Assembly (NCBI GenBank): GCA_040220235.1
Contig: JAVJTO010000007.1
From: Coleofasciculus sp. B1-GNL1-01
GTDB lineage: Bacteria > Cyanobacteriota > Cyanobacteriia > Cyanobacteriales > Coleofasciculaceae
Length of the DNA: 39,681 nucleotides
Reading direction: 5' to 3' (one strand)
The notes beneath the pieces are model-generated. The model made no database searches and was not told the DNA's origin. It worked only from the letters and a program-made list of their open reading frames with translations. Numbering within the stretch: position 1 is the stretch's first letter; each line of letters begins with the position of its first letter. Positions 38,101 through 39,681 of the stretch are shown one piece after another. The position numbers and the translations under genes are program-made.

Positions 38101-39093
38101 CCGAATACGACACCAGAAACGATCAGGCAAACGGCGAAAAAATTCCGCCGAGAAATTACCAACCCAATTAAACGGAGAACCACCAGTTATTTAGCACCGG
38201 CGCAGCAACTGTATCAATGGTTAATCGCCCCCTTACAAGCGGAGTTAGACGCCCAAGGAATCCAAAATCTGGTATTCATCATGGATAGGGGCTTACGTTC
38301 GTTACCCGTGGCGGCGCTGCATGATGGTCAAGGCTTTTTGGTGGAAGAGTATAGTGTGGGGTTAATGCCCAGTCTGAGTATTACTGATACTAGCTATAAC
38401 AATATTCAGAATGTTCCCGTTTTGGCAATGGGAATTGCGGAATCGAGTGATCTAGCCAAGGAACTGAACCTGAGTTCTTTACCCGCTGTCCCTCTGGAAC
38501 TACAAACAATTGCCAGCATTCGTGATGGAGAATCATTCCTGAATGAAAAAGTCACCCTAGAATCACTCAAAGTCCACAGCCAAAATGCTTCTATTGTGCA
38601 TTTAGCCACCCATGGTGAATTTAAACCCGGTTCCCTAGAAAATTCTTATATTCTGTTATGGAATGATCTACTGCGCCTGAACCAACTGCGAGAATTAGGC
38701 TGGAATAATCGTCGCACCCCGATTGAATTGTTAATCCTTTCGGCGTGTCGCACCGCCGTCGGTGATGAAAAAGCGGAGTTAGGTTTTGCTGGATTAGCCG
38801 TGCAAGCTGGGGTCAAGTCAGCGCTGTCAAGTTTGTGGTATGTCAGTGATGAAGGAACCTCTGGATTGATGACAGAGTTTTATCGGAAGTTGCAAACCGC
38901 TCCGATTAAAGCCGAAGCCTTACGCCAAGCACAATTAGCGATGATCAAGGGAGAGGTGCGTTTGGAAGGGGGACAATTACGGGGAAGTGGACAACCTGTT
39001 CGGTTACCGCCAACACTAGAAACTCAAGAGGACAAGTCTCTCTCCCATCCCTATTACTGGGCAGCATTTACCCTGATTGGAAGTCCTTGGTAA
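32104..39093 (+). CDS. Filamentous haemagglutinin-like (TPS domain, beta-helix) exoprotein with a C-terminal CHAT domain
   Basis: Signal peptide; NLFHSFQQF, NLYLMNPAGMIFG, GGFVETSS, GTWLIDPYNI; G/T/N/D-rich repeats; CHAT LPVAALHDG, HLATHG, LSACRTAVGD, HPYYWAAF; ggagg RBS. Confidence 0.95.
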   Translation: MNRVHHLTAVVTGFGLGIASLGTFSEVLVLAQPITSARDRTGTIITLDDNRIDISGGSLSADGKNLFHSFQQFGLDANQIANFLANPNLNTILGRVVGGDASVINGLIQVTGGNPNLYLMNPAGMIFGASSRLNVPADFIATTATGMGFGDNRWFNAVGENAYENLVGTPNQFAFDQLEAGSIVNGGDLAVSQGQNLTLLAGNVINTGTLTAPGGTITVAAVPGANLVKISQKGQLLSLEIEAPRTPTGELLPIKPLDLAQLLTGKEENVETGVEVNQSGDIQLTDTGVTLPKQTGVTIVSGKIDVSVGDSRLDSSSLLGGEVNIIGNTVGLIAANVDASGRQGGGTVRIGGGEKGQEPIPNADVTFVSNDATINANALDQGHGGRVIVWSQKTTRTYGHISARGGVNGGNGGFVETSSAGFLDVPVAPDITAPAGDGGTWLIDPYNITISGVADTNISSSDTAPNFTATADDSILNINTLLAALTQGDVTVDTGSSPPGIGQAGNITLATDLDFNGKGVKTLTLIAANNILINGQIWDSDRITTPTDGLSLDFRAGGAVELNESISTAGFDLTVTAKGAITQGDNTTLDIGGRTRLSAGDGENPTNITLNRANNNFNEVVITNANQVKLTDVNDISLGSSQEPTTSTIQGDLRLTSQGVIQQVDANDSLVVAGETRLDANGNDIILNNNTNNLNQVIVTRANNVSLNDINEIQLGTSPDDPESTISGTLDVTATDVSINSTVEVGNATFEPINPTSTIGIGDGAPGNFLLTEADLTNLESRGTVQIGSPRVTGEVTIGDVNLRRERFNLTVQGGNPTFQGNLNVANDLNVTATTDNIRQNSGTIINVNGTATLEAGNNQDITLNNTDNDFNTIVVNRGNNVTLNDKDNLNLNSVSVSGTLGVTAENTISTTGDINAGAVNLRGDRIALNSTIETSDRVDNNVILTGPVTLGEEATINTDNPNNDGDITINQSINGAGDLTLDAGNGDITINEAIGSTTAPLNVSLNGGTITLANIGKVTEAGVSDTATINATEAINFTGEIYNAQNQNYTADTAFNLNQTTTFTSDGGAIAFNTGTIRGTETNPANLTLDADTGRVTVGAIGNGNEIKNLRIQGSEGITLNGDITTADAANNTINLNSRVTLGEDITVTNQGGEINFNDSVDGSQDLTVNADNSTVVFADDVGNRTALTNLTVNNGESVTFNNRVTVADTIDLTADEIDFKGKDNSVSTPNQGTISLKPTTDNASIDIGSPANGEGNLDISDRDLGAIADGFSQITIGRETGNGEIVLDSQGVSFHDPVTIQSPASGGEIKVNGNLTGTDDAAITINGENVYFGNPNQPNVTLETAGQPITLSQTIWLYAQEEVEVRIGAGGGDITFMGDVTGRTPETQSLTVTPGIGNVSFQGEIGQPNALKTLRIGDDTTINADIVGTSTTVFDSLFINAQQSRVAGKINTRGGPIEFTGDVILVRDTQFDTISQASPGSRGGDISFGATVSSAKETLGNSSSTSPFDLHLNSGSGNVRFAGAVGAQDFGGGWTTTDLGALTIERATEAIADSTITTLDSDGIQITADTIQLRDDIQATVVELNGTDDISTASITATEDGITLDSATGSIDTSQGKLTAPQGEVNLTANQGEITTADIEAKSVNLQANNTITTANVSATQGGITITNPFGSIQSGDLTAQGETEDNAVTLTTPGNITTGHIDTSSATGKGGAIALTSQTGDITSGNLNSSGLLGGGAIDVSSLGQLTVAEVNSSSTAGLAGLITLNNRQPEFIKDAPGIDLILINAQGLPRNQGAIATRPSETEGIEITINITTDGYFRATGTFKAQTGIEATLATGGDPIVIRHGGGTAFDPFEVGNPTQNGTAGAITNGKGFFGSISPLQSFIFPVVQDNIEIIPRILSQSNLPLNTISPQLPVSGQVADADLAISTLDRLLADTFSGYLGPQPSVNNPADAAKILAQIEQKTGVKSAFIYAIFVADNLELIMVSAQDKKIVSIPNTTPETIRQTAKKFRREITNPIKRRTTSYLAPAQQLYQWLIAPLQAELDAQGIQNLVFIMDRGLRSLPVAALHDGQGFLVEEYSVGLMPSLSITDTSYNNIQNVPVLAMGIAESSDLAKELNLSSLPAVPLELQTIASIRDGESFLNEKVTLESLKVHSQNASIVHLATHGEFKPGSLENSYILLWNDLLRLNQLRELGWNNRRTPIELLILSACRTAVGDEKAELGFAGLAVQAGVKSALSSLWYVSDEGTSGLMTEFYRKLQTAPIKAEALRQAQLAMIKGEVRLEGGQLRGSGQPVRLPPTLETQEDKSLSHPYYWAAFTLIGSPW

Positions 39094-39414
39094 ATCCTAT
39101 CAATTTCCCCACATCCTACACCCCAAACCCAGTCTCTTAGGTTTTTTCATCGGCGTGATCGCTAAATTCATCAAATTCATCATATTGATTTTGTTTTTCC
39201 CTTCATTTACCCTGCTAGACAGGGGCAATACGAACTGTTATGGGACAAGCGGTAGCCGATCAATTCAGAATCGATAACCTGGTTAACCTGAGTGCAACCG
39301 TCGGGATGGTGCGCCAGATGCTGGAACGGTATCGTTGATGCAGCGTTGCGACATTAGCCTATCAGTTCAATCTCTCAGCACCGGGGATTGTTGCCGCTTG
39401 TACTCGTGCCTTAA

Positions 39415-39681
39415 CCTGAAGTTCCCCTTTGACAAATGGCTACACCGTATGCCTATCTTGGCTTAGGGCGATTTCACTTTTGGCTTCACTGGGTACAAAT
39501 CAGGCTAACGCCCAATAAATCTAAAGCCTTTCTTTGTACCGGAGTCGGTTCGGTTACTTTGTCAAAGTCGAAATTTACACCTGGGATATTAGACTGAATT
39601 CGATTGTTAACAATCGTGCCTAAATCAGCTAACAAGGTTTGAAAGCTATGCACGGGTAAGTTATCGGCTGTCCGCTTCTTT
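39415..39681 (-). mobile_element. 3' end of an IS1634-family insertion sequence (runs off the window)
   Basis: Terminal cctgaagttcccc about 70 bp beyond the transposase stop codon. Confidence 0.75.
39486..39681 (-). CDS. IS1634-family transposase, C-terminal part
   Basis: Manual translation KKRTADNLPVHSFQTLLADLGTIVNN...TEPTPVQRKALDLLGVSLICTQ*. Confidence 0.8.
   Translation of the reverse strand, partial: KKRTADNLPVHSFQTLLADLGTIVNNRIQSNIPGVNFDFDKVTEPTPVQRKALDLLGVSLICTQ

Noticed and set aside
39240..39338. Short protein-like frame MGQAVADQFRIDNLVNLSATVGMVRQMLERYR
   Set aside because: It may be a gene fragment, but I cannot assign it to a family and it is too short to support.
31976..39430. 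Haemagglutinin-CHAT gene as cargo of an IS1634 composite transposon
   Set aside because: Both IS ends face the gene from outside their own elements, the left one is degenerate, and no matching outer end is visible.

Overview
Chromosomal DNA from a cyanobacterium, probably a large-genome filamentous one (inferred from more than 20 HIP1 GCGATCGC sites, heptamer STRRs and cyanobacterial gene families). In order it contains: two tandem secreted internalin-type LRR paralogues; a SNF2 helicase-SWIM pair; a REP-associated tyrosine transposase (RAYT) flanked by its own GTAG-REP hairpins; a secreted two-domain lysozyme-like protein; DUF4230; Anbu proteasome-like protease; VKOR-Trx; a minus-strand block of HTH/DUF4384-like, TPR-CHAT, CHAT-CHASE2 and DUF928 genes; ndk; two paralogous coiled-coil genes; a GT2-TPR glycosyltransferase; IS1182 and hsdR debris; an uncharacterised membrane-anchored protein; a PatA-type regulator; a haloacetate dehalogenase-like hydrolase; a 2329-aa haemagglutinin-CHAT exoprotein; and the end of an IS1634 element. 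The strongest unexpected signals are: (1) a near-consensus sigma70 promoter with a cyanobacterial LexA box driving the coiled-coil pair; (2) tandem NrdR-like boxes 31 bp apart in front of a non-RNR gene; (3) LRR paralogues with near-identical promoter and N-cap but variable concave-face repeats; (4) three CHAT proteases with apparently intact His/Cys sites; (5) a dense set of REPs and MITEs showing covariation, nesting and in-frame invasion of a gene. No rRNA, tRNA or CRISPR array was recognised. All family assignments come from motif recognition by eye, not database searches.
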